A stretch of DNA of 63,580 bases from positions 1-63,580 of the forward strand of contig JBCCIF010000004.1 of NCBI GenBank assembly GCA_039028335.1. Direction: 5' to 3'. The notes under the pieces are model-generated. The model had not been told where the DNA came from, ran no database searches, and worked only from the letters and a program-made list of their open reading frames with translations. A program made the translations under genes and the position numbers. This DNA is from Bacteroidota bacterium (GTDB lineage: Bacteria > Bacteroidota > Bacteroidia > Flavobacteriales_D > JABDKJ01). The stretch's first letter is position 1. Each line of letters starts with the position of its first letter. This document shows, piece after piece, positions 51,885-62,163 of this stretch.

Positions 51885-52586
51885 GTGAAACGAAGAATAA
51901 TTTCTCGGGTGTCAACTGGGTCAATGGCGGACATCGCTTTTTTACTTTTAGTCTTTTGGATGATGACCACATCCTTGCAAAGCGAACAGGGAATACTTAG
52001 GAAACTTCCCCCTATCGAAAAATCAGACACTGTTCTTATTCCTGATAAGGACATCTTGGACATCTACATTAACGCTGATGATCAATTATTGATAAATGAG
52101 AGTACTATCGAGCTGTCGGATATCTATGCAAATGCAATTACATTCTTCACCAATGGAGGCGTATTTAGCGACAGCCAAGTAAATGAATCATTTACTGAAC
52201 GGAAATGGATGCGAAAATCAGCATTGCAAAATGAACTAGATAAACTAGCAAAAACTGTTCAATTTGATAAGTCCAAAGAGCATCTTAACAAGCGAATAGC
52301 AAAGATCGAGAAGCAATTGGTGGCAATTGGCTATTTCGGAGAATACAAAGCTCTAAAACCAAGTTCCTTGATTTCAATTCAACATCATCATCTTACGTCA
52401 TATGACACCTACCTTTTCGTACAAAATGAGCTTCAAAGGGCCCTAAATTCATTGCGTAATGAATTGGCTATCGAACATTTTGGAAAGAGCTATGAAAAAC
52501 TCGATCCTTTAGATCAACAGATGGAAATCACAGCAATCAGACAGGTATTTCCTCAAAAAATATCAGAAGCAGAATTTAAACGATAG
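51885..52586 (+). CDS. ExbD/TolR-family protein, long form (copy 2)
   Basis: Paralogue of 50505..51236 ([34 protein letters not shown] versus [34 protein letters not shown]). The start codon is GTG. Confidence 0.75.
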   Translation: [233 protein letters not shown]

Positions 52587-52588
52587 TC

Positions 52589-53020
52589 ATGAAAAAGAAA
52601 ACACAATCCAGCAATTTAATCCAAACTTCCAGCCTGCCAGATATTGTCTTTATTTTATTGTTCTTTTTTATGGTTGTAACTCATATCAAGGAAGCGGATC
52701 CCTTAATGGAAATTCATGAACCTGAAGCTTCTTGCACAGATAGGATAAGCAATGCTTCATTAGTAGACCATATTTATATAGGCAAAATGGATGGAAAAGA
52801 GGTCTTACAGCTAGATGACGGTATTGCGCAATTGCAGGACATTAGGCCTTGGGTAGAAGATAATGTTATAAGAAGAGCAGATCCAGACAAGTCTAAGATT
52901 ATTCGCGCATTACATGTAGATGGAAAAATAAAAATGGAGAGAGTGTCACAGGTCAAACAGGAATTGCGGAAAGCAGACGCGCTTAAAGTTCTTTATTCAA
53001 CCATTCCTCAATCCAAGTAA
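52589..53020 (+). CDS. exbD: Biopolymer transport protein ExbD/TolR (copy 2)
   Basis: Paralogue of 51250..51711 ([25 protein letters not shown]). Confidence 0.85.
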   Translation: MKKKTQSSNLIQTSSLPDIVFILLFFFMVVTHIKEADPLMEIHEPEASCTDRISNASLVDHIYIGKMDGKEVLQLDDGIAQLQDIRPWVEDNVIRRADPDKSKIIRALHVDGKIKMERVSQVKQELRKADALKVLYSTIPQSK

Positions 53021-55695
53021 GGAGAAAGCCAGCGTTCCATTTTGTCGACAGCAAAACCTTTTCGTTGAGCAAGGTCTTCTGCTTGATCATTCAAGATCTT
53101 TTGAATTCCAAAGTAACGGCTTTCAGGGTGAGCAAAATACCAGCCGCAAACTGATGCTGCCGGACTCATAGCGTAATTTTCTGTAAGAGAAATTCGAGTG
53201 TTCTGGCCTGAATTTAAAAGTCTAAACAACTCGGGTTTTTCAGTATGATCCGGACAGGCAGGATATCCTGGAGCAGGACGAATTCCTTGATACTTTTCAC
53301 GTATCAGTTCTTCGTTCTCAAAGTCTTCATTAGACGAATACCCCCAATATTCCTTCCTTACTTTTTCATGAAGATATTCAGCCATGGCCTCCGCCAGCCT
53401 ATCCGCAAGTGCCTTGAGCATAATACTCTGATAATCGTCTATTTCTTTTTCAAATTCTGCTAGCTTTTTTTCAATTCCTAAACCTGAAGTAACTGCAAAT
53501 GCTCCTATATAGTCCTGTTTACCACTATCTAATGGAGCAATAAAATCTGCTAGTGAATAATTGACCGCCCCTTTTGCCTTTTGGATTTGTTGGCGCATCA
53601 TATGAAATCGGCCTATTTCTGCATCGTCTTCATAAACAATAATATCATCCAAGCTACTATTTGCTTTCCATATTCCACATACTGCATTGGGGTATAACCA
53701 TTTTTCTGAAATTATCTTTTCCAGCATTTGCAAAGCATCTTCATACAATTCGGTTGCATGCTTTCCTACGATCTCATCATTTAAAATCCTAGGAAATCGA
53801 CCCGCCAACTCCCAGGTTTGAAAAAAGGGCGTCCAATCAATATATTCTTTCAAGCTTTCTAACTCAATCGAGATAGAATGCACTCCAAGTTGATTTGGTT
53901 TAATAGGCTCATATCCAACCCAATCTATTCTATGAGAATTTGCCCTTGCATCCTTTAATGATATCAGGCGTTTAACATCTTTCTTTTTTGCATAATTGGA
54001 TCGAACCTGATTGTATTCATCCCTAATTTCGCTGGCAAAATTTTCTTTGTCTGAACCTAAAAGTCTTCCAGCCACTGTTACACTTCTAGAAGCATCTAAT
54101 ACATGCAGTGTAGTACCTGATGGGTAATTCTCCTCTATTTTTACTGCTGTATGGACACGGCTTGTGGTCGCACCCCCAATAAGCAAAGGAACATTTAGAC
54201 CCGCTTTTTCCATTTCCTTTGCGACATATACCATTTCGTCCAAAGAAGGAGTTATTAAACCACTCAATCCAATGATCTCAGCATTCTCTTCTCTCGCTCG
54301 CTGAATTATCTTTTCCGGAGGCACCATTACTCCTAGATCAATGATCTCATAATTATTGCATCCTAAAACCACCCCTACAATATTCTTCCCTATATCATGT
54401 ACATCCCCTTTAACAGTTGCTAATAAAATTTTTCCAGCCGATCTCCCTTTGCCCTTGTCCTCTTCAAGAAAAGGGGTTAAATAGGCCACTGCTTTTTTCA
54501 TTACTCGGGCACTTTTGACTACCTGTGGCAAGAACATTTTTCCAGAACCGAAAAGATCGCCTACCACATTCATCCCAGACATTAAAGGACCTTCTATGAC
54601 CGCCAATGGCGAGTCTAGAACTTGCCTTGCTTCTTCGGTATCATGCTCAATAAATTCTGTAATTCCTTTGACTAAAGCATGCTCTAAACGCTTCTCAGTA
54701 GATTGATTACGCCATTCTAAATTTTTACCCTCCTTTTTTGCGTCTTGTTGAACACCTTCAGCAAAATCCAACAACCTTTCCGTAGCATCTTCCCTTCTAT
54801 TGAGTAGCACATCTTCTACTCTTTCGAGCAAATCAATTGGAATATTGTCATAGACCTCGAGCATGCTTGGATTGACAATTCCCATATCCATGCCTTGTTT
54901 AATTCCATGATATAAAAATGCAGAATGCATTGCTTCCCTAACTTTATTGTTTCCTCTAAAAGAAAAGGAGACATTACTTACTCCTCCAGAAACGTGTGCA
55001 CCTGGTAAGTTTTCCCTTATCCATCTCGTAGCCCGAAAGAAATCCAAGGCATAATTCCTGTGTTCGTCAATTCCTGTGGCTACAGGGAAAATATTGGGGT
55101 CAAATATGATATCCTGAGGAGGGAAGTCAATTTCATCTCGCAAAATTCGATATGAGCGTTCACAAATCTCAATTCTTCTTTCATAAGTGTCCGCCTGTCC
55201 TTTCTCATCAAACGCCATCACAATCGTGGCTGCACCATAGTCTTTGACTTTTTGAGCTTGTTCTAAAAACTCGCTCTTCCCATTCTTCAAGGATATTGAA
55301 TTAACAATTCCTTTTCCTTGAAGACATTGCAAACCGGCCTCTATTATCTCCCATTTTGATGAGTCAATCATTATTGGAAGTTTGGCAATATCAGGCTCAG
55401 AAGCAATTAAATTCAAAAAGGTCACCATGGCGCTCTTACCATCTAGCATCCCTTCATCCATATTTACATCAATCACCTGTGCTCCTCCTTCGACCTGATC
55501 CCTAGCTACTTCAAGAGCTTCTTCATAATTTTCTTCCTTGATTAAGCGCAGGAATTTTCTCGATCCAGTTACATTGGTTCGTTCCCCGATATTGACGAAA
55601 TTGCTATCTGGACGCAATTCAAGCGGTTCTAAACCACTGATTTTCAGATTTTCTAAATCTGTCCATTTATACGTATAGTCTCCTTTATACATCAA
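53008..55695 (-). CDS. metH: Cobalamin-dependent methionine synthase lacking the N-terminal homocysteine-binding domain
   Basis: It begins at the pterin-binding module ([16 protein letters not shown]...). It continues through the B12 cap and binding domain ([10 protein letters not shown]) and the AdoMet reactivation domain. Its 895 aa correspond to roughly the last three quarters of a full-length MetH. Confidence 0.92.
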   Translation of the reverse strand: MMYKGDYTYKWTDLENLKISGLEPLELRPDSNFVNIGERTNVTGSRKFLRLIKEENYEEALEVARDQVEGGAQVIDVNMDEGMLDGKSAMVTFLNLIASEPDIAKLPIMIDSSKWEIIEAGLQCLQGKGIVNSISLKNGKSEFLEQAQKVKDYGAATIVMAFDEKGQADTYERRIEICERSYRILRDEIDFPPQDIIFDPNIFPVATGIDEHRNYALDFFRATRWIRENLPGAHVSGGVSNVSFSFRGNNKVREAMHSAFLYHGIKQGMDMGIVNPSMLEVYDNIPIDLLERVEDVLLNRREDATERLLDFAEGVQQDAKKEGKNLEWRNQSTEKRLEHALVKGITEFIEHDTEEARQVLDSPLAVIEGPLMSGMNVVGDLFGSGKMFLPQVVKSARVMKKAVAYLTPFLEEDKGKGRSAGKILLATVKGDVHDIGKNIVGVVLGCNNYEIIDLGVMVPPEKIIQRAREENAEIIGLSGLITPSLDEMVYVAKEMEKAGLNVPLLIGGATTSRVHTAVKIEENYPSGTTLHVLDASRSVTVAGRLLGSDKENFASEIRDEYNQVRSNYAKKKDVKRLISLKDARANSHRIDWVGYEPIKPNQLGVHSISIELESLKEYIDWTPFFQTWELAGRFPRILNDEIVGKHATELYEDALQMLEKIISEKWLYPNAVCGIWKANSSLDDIIVYEDDAEIGRFHMMRQQIQKAKGAVNYSLADFIAPLDSGKQDYIGAFAVTSGLGIEKKLAEFEKEIDDYQSIMLKALADRLAEAMAEYLHEKVRKEYWGYSSNEDFENEELIREKYQGIRPAPGYPACPDHTEKPELFRLLNSGQNTRISLTENYAMSPAASVCGWYFAHPESRYFGIQKILNDQAEDLAQRKGFAVDKMERWLSPYLD

Positions 55696-55802
55696 AGCAG
55701 CAAAATTATTAGGTATTTCTGCAAAAAAAGGGGTATTGAAAATTTTTGATCAAAATACAATAAGAAAAAAGAGAAAGCGTTAATGATTCAGAAACAATTA
55801 AA

Positions 55803-56006
55803 ATGCCTATGGTTAATTTTACTTTTGAAGATTTACATGATTTAGAAAACAATGAAAAGAGCATCTTTGGCAGAATTGCTACACAAGCCGAGGAGATTGA
55901 AATTTCACCTAAGAAAAGCACGGTGAATAATATCCTTGCCTACAGCAAAGCTTTAAGCGTAAGAGACTCAAAATCATTAAAAAAAGTTAAGATGATCTTG
56001 AATTAA
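55803..56006 (+). CDS. Small hypothetical protein (67 aa)
   Basis: ATG-initiated ORF in an otherwise empty 366-nt gap, followed 25 nt later by a strong hairpin terminator. No motif was recognised. Confidence 0.35.
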   Translation: MPMVNFTFEDLHDLENNEKSIFGRIATQAEEIEISPKKSTVNNILAYSKALSVRDSKSLKKVKMILN

Positions 56007-56030
56007 GAGATCACTAAAATTTGAATTAAG

Positions 56031-56070
56031 CCCTTTTTAATTTTCAAAATTAGAAAGGGTTTTATTTTTT
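56031..56070. terminator. Strong hairpin between the small ORF and nth (bidirectional terminator candidate)
   Basis: A 13-bp stem (56031-56043 pairs with 56047-56059) with a 3-nt loop, followed by TTTTATTTTTT on the plus strand. It overlaps the 3' end of nth. Confidence 0.6.
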
Positions 56071-56700
56071 CTTCAAGTTTTTTCTGCCAATTTTCTGTTG
56101 AATACTGTCCTTTGCTTGGTCCCAAGCTCTAGCAGGTGAATGTTCTCTTCCGTAAAATATGATCTGTAAATGAAGTTTATTCCATTTGTCCTTTGGAAAT
56201 AGTCGTTTCGCATCTTTCTCAGTCTGATCGACATTTTTACCATTGGACAAGCCCCATCTCCACATCAATCTGTGAATATGTGTATCTACCGGAAAGGCCG
56301 GAACTCCAAATGCCTGGCTCATGACAACAGAAGCAGTTTTATGGCCCACTCCCGGAAGTGCTTCAAGATCATTAAAATTATCTGGCACCTTTCCATCGTG
56401 TTTTTCAAGCAGTATTTCTGAAAGACGATATATGGCCTTAGACTTTGTAGGTGATAAACCACATGGTTTTATAATCTCTCTGATCTTCTCTACAGGGATT
56501 TTAATCATTTGCTCTGGAGTCTTTGCCTTTTTAAACAACAAAGGTGTGACCTCATTCACCCGTTTATCCGTGCACTGTGCCGAAAGCAAGACAGCAATTA
56601 AAAGTGTATATGCATCGAAATGATCTAATGGTACTGGAGTTCTAGGGTACAACTCTTCGAGCTTATCGATAAGAAATGCGGCTTTTTCTTTTTTAGTCAT
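56062..56700 (-). CDS. nth: Endonuclease III-like HhH-GPD DNA glycosylase/lyase without Fe-S cluster cysteines
   Basis: HhH motif with catalytic Lys (LPGVGHKTASVV) and Asp (VDTHIHR). The C-terminus has no C-x6-C-x2-C-x5-C motif. The start was moved to the ATG at 56700. Confidence 0.85.
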   Translation of the reverse strand: MTKKEKAAFLIDKLEELYPRTPVPLDHFDAYTLLIAVLLSAQCTDKRVNEVTPLLFKKAKTPEQMIKIPVEKIREIIKPCGLSPTKSKAIYRLSEILLEKHDGKVPDNFNDLEALPGVGHKTASVVMSQAFGVPAFPVDTHIHRLMWRWGLSNGKNVDQTEKDAKRLFPKDKWNKLHLQIIFYGREHSPARAWDQAKDSIQQKIGRKNLKKK

Positions 56701-56707
56701 TTTAGCA

Positions 56708-57730
56708 TCAATTCGCATTCATCAACTCAGATTGCCACAACCAAGCACTCTTCATCATTTCGTCTATGGATTTCTCAGGTGACCATGCGAGAAGATGTTT
56801 TGCTTTAGAGCTGTCTGCGTATATTTCAGAGACATCTCCAGGTCTTCTTTCTCCGAAGACATAATTCAGTTTAAGGTCATTCACGCGTTCAAATGCATTT
56901 ACAGCTTCCAATACCGTTACTCCTTTTCCCGTGCCTAAATTGAAAATCTCATGGCTGCTCTCATTTTCTTGCGCAACAAGTCTATCCATCGCAAGCAAAT
57001 GCGCATATGCAATATCCATGACATGGATGTAGTCACGAACACATGTACCATCTCGAGTTGGATAATCTCTTCCAAATATTGTCAGTTGATCTCTAATACC
57101 AGCAGCGGTTTGCGTTATATAGGGAACCAAATTATTGGGAACTTGAAGAGGAAGTTCTCCTATCTTTCCTGATTCATGAGCCCCGACTGGATTGAAGTAT
57201 CGCAAAGAAATAAAAGACAAGTCTTGATTGGTTTGAATGAACTCTTCAATCATCTGTTCTCCCATTTGCTTGGTCAAGGCATATGGTGATTCTGCCTTGG
57301 TCCATGGCGTGCTTTCTTTTACGGGTAGCTCTGCAGTATTTCCGTATACCGAACAAGAAGAGCTGAAAATGAAATGACGTACATTATAAATTTTTGAGCA
57401 CTCAATAAGATTGAGTAAACTATTGAGGTTATTCTGAAAATAATTTAAAGGTTGATCAACGGACTCTGGAACCGATTTCAAGGCCGCAAAATGAATAATT
57501 CCGTTGATCTCATTCTCTTCGAAGATTCTTTTTGTTTCTTCAAAATTCGAAAGATTGACCGGGTAATTTTTGGTCTGGTGACCGTTTATGGCTGATATTC
57601 TCTCGAATGTGTCTTTCGTAGAGTTGATAAAATTATCAGCTGAAATCAAATTCCAGTCCCTGTTTTCAAGGGCTGATATAATCGTGTGTGAACCTATATA
57701 TCCCGCTCCTCCTGTAATTAAGACATTCAT
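56708..57730 (-). CDS. galE: UDP-glucose 4-epimerase
   Basis: Extended SDR with GGAGYIGSH, SSSCSVYG and YALTK (YxxxK). Confidence 0.88.
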   Translation of the reverse strand: MNVLITGGAGYIGSHTIISALENRDWNLISADNFINSTKDTFERISAINGHQTKNYPVNLSNFEETKRIFEENEINGIIHFAALKSVPESVDQPLNYFQNNLNSLLNLIECSKIYNVRHFIFSSSCSVYGNTAELPVKESTPWTKAESPYALTKQMGEQMIEEFIQTNQDLSFISLRYFNPVGAHESGKIGELPLQVPNNLVPYITQTAAGIRDQLTIFGRDYPTRDGTCVRDYIHVMDIAYAHLLAMDRLVAQENESSHEIFNLGTGKGVTVLEAVNAFERVNDLKLNYVFGERRPGDVSEIYADSSKAKHLLAWSPEKSIDEMMKSAWLWQSELMNAN

Positions 57731-57741
57731 TTTAATAGCCT

Positions 57742-58887
57742 TTACTCATTTACTACGCGTTTGTACATCTCGAGTTGATCCTTAATGAAATACTTTCGAT
57801 CAAATTTAGCGCGTTCAGACAAAGCGTTATCTGACATTCTTTGTAATTCTTGTCTGTTTTCATATAAAAAATTCATCTGCTCTTTCAACTCTTCAACATC
57901 TTGTTTCTTGATTAAAATTCCATCGGAGTTGTGGCTTACAACATTTCTACATCCTCTTGAATCGATTGTAATTACAGGCACTCCCATTGCAAGAGATTCC
58001 ATCAAGTTAACGGGCATTCCTTCTTTGACACTTGGAAATACGTTTACGTGAGCAATGCTTAAATACTCATGCACATTTTCTTGCCACCCCACCTTAACTA
58101 TCCCAGGACAATTATTTTGAATCCGTTCCTCGGTTTTATCTAAATTGGTATTGTGAATATTGTCCTTATCGCCAACCAAAATTAATTTCAGCTTGATATT
58201 TTTAGAGTAGAGTTCTACAAAGGCCCGCACGAGCTTATCAAAACCTTTAAAATGCACCTGTCTACCCACAAAAATGAAAACGAAGTGGTCATCTCGAATA
58301 TCATATTGCTGCCTTAATTCTGCTTTCCGTTCATCTGAGACCGAATTGGCATTAAACTGATTTAAATCACATCCCAATCCATAGGACCAAATGACTTCTG
58401 TATTGATGTTCTTTGATTTTTTTTCTAATGCTTGTCTATCATCCTCGGTAAGGACAAAGACTTTATCCATTTTTCTGGCTGCCCATCCTTCAGCTAATCC
58501 CAAAGCAATTCTTCTCCAACCTTTTTCCATTACGAATGAAACACCGTGAATGGTGCTTATTGTCGTGGGCCAAGATTTATTTTTTGCGATTGCAGCGGTA
58601 AACATTGCAGCTGAAAAATGAACATTCACCAAATCAGGTTGAATGGCCTCAACAATTTCATTCAATTTTCTCGAGGCGTTGATATGTTCGGTCCATTCAA
58701 AACCACGAGGGAATTCAATCTCATGCAAAGTTCCATGTATATCTCGATCGTAACAGGATATATCAGAAATATGCTTGGTAGAGGTTGCAAGATGAACCTG
58801 ATCATTCTGTTGATTGAGTTTACTAGCAACATCTTCTAGGAAAGTAAAGTAATTGGTAATAGATGGTATGACAAAAAGAATTTTCAA
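57742..58887 (-). CDS. Glycosyltransferase family 4 (GT-B)
   Basis: C-terminal GT1/GT4 signature (FPSVKEGMPVNLMESLAMGVPVI). The start codon is TTG. Confidence 0.85.
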   Translation of the reverse strand: MKILFVIPSITNYFTFLEDVASKLNQQNDQVHLATSTKHISDISCYDRDIHGTLHEIEFPRGFEWTEHINASRKLNEIVEAIQPDLVNVHFSAAMFTAAIAKNKSWPTTISTIHGVSFVMEKGWRRIALGLAEGWAARKMDKVFVLTEDDRQALEKKSKNINTEVIWSYGLGCDLNQFNANSVSDERKAELRQQYDIRDDHFVFIFVGRQVHFKGFDKLVRAFVELYSKNIKLKLILVGDKDNIHNTNLDKTEERIQNNCPGIVKVGWQENVHEYLSIAHVNVFPSVKEGMPVNLMESLAMGVPVITIDSRGCRNVVSHNSDGILIKKQDVEELKEQMNFLYENRQELQRMSDNALSERAKFDRKYFIKDQLEMYKRVVNE

Positions 58888-58921
58888 ATATGGATAGTTC
58901 TCTGCAATTTAATACTTTCGA

Positions 58922-59848
58922 TTGCTAAATCGAATTTGTTTGACCCAATTCACCTTAGAACCAAACGAGATTATAAAGGCGAATCAAAAGCCCGTTCACA
59001 TATTCAAATATGGTGACAATTCCGAGAATATAGACCATCAGGTTGTAGAATCTTTTGGTGAAGAATGGAAGAAATTTCAAAATTTCGAAGATGAAGAAAT
59101 TGACCGTATCGGTAAAGAGTACTTTGACATATTACTCCCTTATCTAAAACCAGATAAAACATATCTCGGAGATTTTGGATGTGGAACAGGAAGATGGAGT
59201 AAATATTTGGCACCGAAAGTAGCTCAAATTGAAGCCATTGACCCTTCAGAATCTATTTTTGCTGCATCGAATTTATTAAGTGAAAATACAAATGTCAGAT
59301 TATCGAGAACATCAATTGATCATTTACCTTTTGAAGACAATTCATTCGACATAGTTATAAGTGTTGGGGTCTTACACCATATTCCCGATACAAAAAAAGC
59401 AATGAGGTCTTGTGTTGAAAAAACGAAAATAAATGGCCATTGTTTCTTTTATCTGTATTACAACTTAGAAGGAGAACCTTTTTTGAATAGAACCCTATTT
59501 TCATTTGTAAATGCCTTACGTAAATTAATTAGCGGATTGCCTGTTTTCTTGAAAAAGGTTCTTTGCGATATAATAGCCCTGTTCATTTATTTTCCTTTGG
59601 CGAAAAGTGCCTTGTTTTTTGAGTCATTAGGTTTAAAGAAAATTGCTTCAAAAATTCCTCTTAGCTATTACAGGAATAAATCGTTTTATGTAATGAGAAA
59701 TGACAGTCTCGACCGATTCGGAACTCAGTTAGAACAGCGATTTTCTGAGCATGAGATCAAAGAAATGATGGAATCCTGTGGTTTGGTAGATATTCAAATT
59801 TCGCCTTCAAGACCTAAATATTGTGCGGTAGGACAAAGAAGCTCCTGA
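58922..59848 (+). CDS. Class I SAM-dependent methyltransferase with hydrophobic C-terminal segment
   Basis: Motif I (LGDFGCGTGRW) and post-I/II motifs (AIDPS, FDIVISVGVLHH). The start codon is uncertain: TTG at 58922, with no early ATG. Confidence 0.78.
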   Translation: MLNRICLTQFTLEPNEIIKANQKPVHIFKYGDNSENIDHQVVESFGEEWKKFQNFEDEEIDRIGKEYFDILLPYLKPDKTYLGDFGCGTGRWSKYLAPKVAQIEAIDPSESIFAASNLLSENTNVRLSRTSIDHLPFEDNSFDIVISVGVLHHIPDTKKAMRSCVEKTKINGHCFFYLYYNLEGEPFLNRTLFSFVNALRKLISGLPVFLKKVLCDIIALFIYFPLAKSALFFESLGLKKIASKIPLSYYRNKSFYVMRNDSLDRFGTQLEQRFSEHEIKEMMESCGLVDIQISPSRPKYCAVGQRSS

Positions 59849-60940
59849 TTAATCATTTAAAACCTCATCAATTATGCTCAGGTACGTACCTTCATTGGCC
59901 ATTAAAGAGTATTTGTCCACAATCGTCTTTCTCCCATTTACTCTGAATTTCTCCCTTAGTTCTTCATCGCTGATTAATTTTTTAAAAGCCTCTAACCATT
60001 CTTGATCTGTTCGAACCAACAAACCATTTTCACCGTGTTCGATAATTCTGCCAATCGTACCCCATTCACTTGCAATTGTAGGAATACCAATAGCCATATA
60101 TTGGATAGCCTTCAATCCACTTTTGCCATAAATCCAAGGCTCGTCCAATAAGGGGTAAACACCAATATCAATCCTACTCAAATCGCTCACTTCAGTTTCG
60201 GACTTCCATTCTATTGCTTCAAATTCTATTTCATCAGAATCAAACCTAAATTCTTTGTCGCCTATTACTAAAACCTTAAAATTTATTCCCTCATGTCGCA
60301 TTTGGACAAACACTTTCTCGAGTAACTTCAAATATTTAGACGTGCTATGGCTCCCACTCCAACCTATAGTTGGTTTTTCATTCCATGAAATAGCTTCTCT
60401 AGGAATATATTTAATGGTATCTACAGTAGAGGATATATCTGTTGTATTTGAATTGTACTTTCGAACAAATTCATCTAAAATAGGTGTACAAGTGATCACA
60501 TGATTTGCGTGCTTCATCATATAGATCATTTTATTCTTGCCCTTCAGAAATTTTGAGAATTTATTATAGCGACTCGCATGCCCAAGAAAGACCATATCAT
60601 CTATATCATAAATGAGCTTTTTTGAGAGCTTATGAACAAGAAACTCGAAAAGTGGAGGACCTAAAGGTGTAACCCATAAGAAACTGTAGACCAAGTCGTA
60701 TTGTTTGATTTTAAATAGAAGAGGTACTCTCCTGATATAGCCTAGCATTGTATGCCATGCTTTTCTAAAATAATGTCCTTTGACGTACAAACTTGAATAT
60801 CCTTTCATATCGAAAAAGGTGGCAATCTCTAGATCGTAGCCTGCTTTTCGAAAAGCCGGAAAGTACTGCTCATACTTCAGTCTTTGAGCTGCCGCCTCAT
60901 CTTCTGGGTAAGGGCAAATGACCAAAATTCTCTTCTTCAT
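59849..60940 (-). CDS. Glycosyltransferase (GT-B, GT4-like)
   Basis: C-terminal E-x7-E-like region (KSGLKAIQYMAIGIPTIAS...ENGLLV). It lies in the glycan cluster. Confidence 0.8.
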   Translation of the reverse strand: MKKRILVICPYPEDEAAAQRLKYEQYFPAFRKAGYDLEIATFFDMKGYSSLYVKGHYFRKAWHTMLGYIRRVPLLFKIKQYDLVYSFLWVTPLGPPLFEFLVHKLSKKLIYDIDDMVFLGHASRYNKFSKFLKGKNKMIYMMKHANHVITCTPILDEFVRKYNSNTTDISSTVDTIKYIPREAISWNEKPTIGWSGSHSTSKYLKLLEKVFVQMRHEGINFKVLVIGDKEFRFDSDEIEFEAIEWKSETEVSDLSRIDIGVYPLLDEPWIYGKSGLKAIQYMAIGIPTIASEWGTIGRIIEHGENGLLVRTDQEWLEAFKKLISDEELREKFRVNGRKTIVDKYSLMANEGTYLSIIDEVLND

Positions 60941-62163
60941 CCTAAAATTCTATTGTATATCTGTAAATACTTTTCAGCTGCTTCGTCTAAATCAAAATAG
61001 GATCGCGCATTCTTTCTTATTTCAGCAGAATCTTTGTTCAGCAGGTCAAATATCTCTTTTTTCTTTTGCTCTAAAAAGGGTTCTTCAATTTGCTCAAGTG
61101 CAATTCCACAATCCAGATCTTTTAAAATCTGATCGACATCTCCCACTCCCGAATTGGTCAAAACAGGAATACCCTTCGCAAGCATTTCACCTAATTTCGT
61201 TGGTGAGCTAGATTTTTTGGAGAAACTCGGTTTAATGAAAAATATTCCTAGGTCACTTGCTTCTAAAAAGTTCGAAACTTCTTGCCTCTTAGCAAAATGG
61301 ACGAATACATCCTGTGGAGATAACTTGTATTTATTTGTAACATTCAACACCTGTTCTCTCTTATTCGGACTAATCATTAAGAACTTTGCTTTCGGTTCTT
61401 TTTTCTTGAACCAGCTAAAGAAATAAATGATCTCTTCGAAGAGATACCAAGTTCCCATTGTACCCAAATAGGTTATCACCAGAGAATCATTCGGAATGCC
61501 CAAATTTTGGCGACAAATGTTTTGTTTCTCAGGGCTGCGCAATTCGAATAAATCAAAATCTGCTGCGCAGGGAATTATCGTTAACTTACTTTCTACACTA
61601 TCCTTGTCCCACCAGGTCTTCATGATTTCTGCCCCAGCACTCGTCAATGAAACAATTGCATCAGAATGCTGAATAAATTGAAGTTCCTTTTTCTTAAGGT
61701 ATTTATAGACGCTTCTGTAAATAGGGTTTTTTAAATTCCATAAGTCACCTTCTACTCTTTCATCTGCGTAAAAACCCCTCATGTCAAAAATGAAAGGAAT
61801 ACCATACTTTCTTTTCATTTTTAAGGCCACCAAAGAGGTCAAATAACTTCGACAATGAATAATATCACACCCATCATTTTGAATAGATTTCCTGAGCTGC
61901 TTTCCAAGTTTAAACACATCCCAAACTGTAGATAAAACTGGAGGCCGTTTTGAATACATAAGTGGAATCCAACGAATATTATATTGAGCACAAATGGCTC
62001 TAATATCAGGTTCGAACTCTCGATATTTATCCGCTTTTTCGAAAGAAATAAGCGTAAACAGACACCCCTTTTGAGAAAGTTTTATAATATAGGACAGTAT
62101 TTGGCTTTGCCCCAAAATATCCGTCATCCCATCGTATGATAGATATATAATTTTCTTATTCAT
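60937..62163 (-). CDS. Glycosyltransferase family 4 (GT-B)
   Basis: GT4-like C-terminal domain (PTKLGEMLAKGIPVLTNSGVGD). There is a 4-nt overlap with the downstream GT gene. Confidence 0.8.
   Translation of the reverse strand: MNKKIIYLSYDGMTDILGQSQILSYIIKLSQKGCLFTLISFEKADKYREFEPDIRAICAQYNIRWIPLMYSKRPPVLSTVWDVFKLGKQLRKSIQNDGCDIIHCRSYLTSLVALKMKRKYGIPFIFDMRGFYADERVEGDLWNLKNPIYRSVYKYLKKKELQFIQHSDAIVSLTSAGAEIMKTWWDKDSVESKLTIIPCAADFDLFELRSPEKQNICRQNLGIPNDSLVITYLGTMGTWYLFEEIIYFFSWFKKKEPKAKFLMISPNKREQVLNVTNKYKLSPQDVFVHFAKRQEVSNFLEASDLGIFFIKPSFSKKSSSPTKLGEMLAKGIPVLTNSGVGDVDQILKDLDCGIALEQIEEPFLEQKKKEIFDLLNKDSAEIRKNARSYFDLDEAAEKYLQIYNRILG

Noticed and set aside
55709-55921. A 70-aa minus-strand ORF upstream of metH, considered as a possible leader peptide or remnant of the missing Hcy domain.
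   Set aside because: Its translation is hydrophobic and low-complexity (MLFLGEISISSACVAILPKMLFSLF...) with no similarity to Hcy S-methyltransferase motifs. It overlaps the more plausible plus-strand small ORF.
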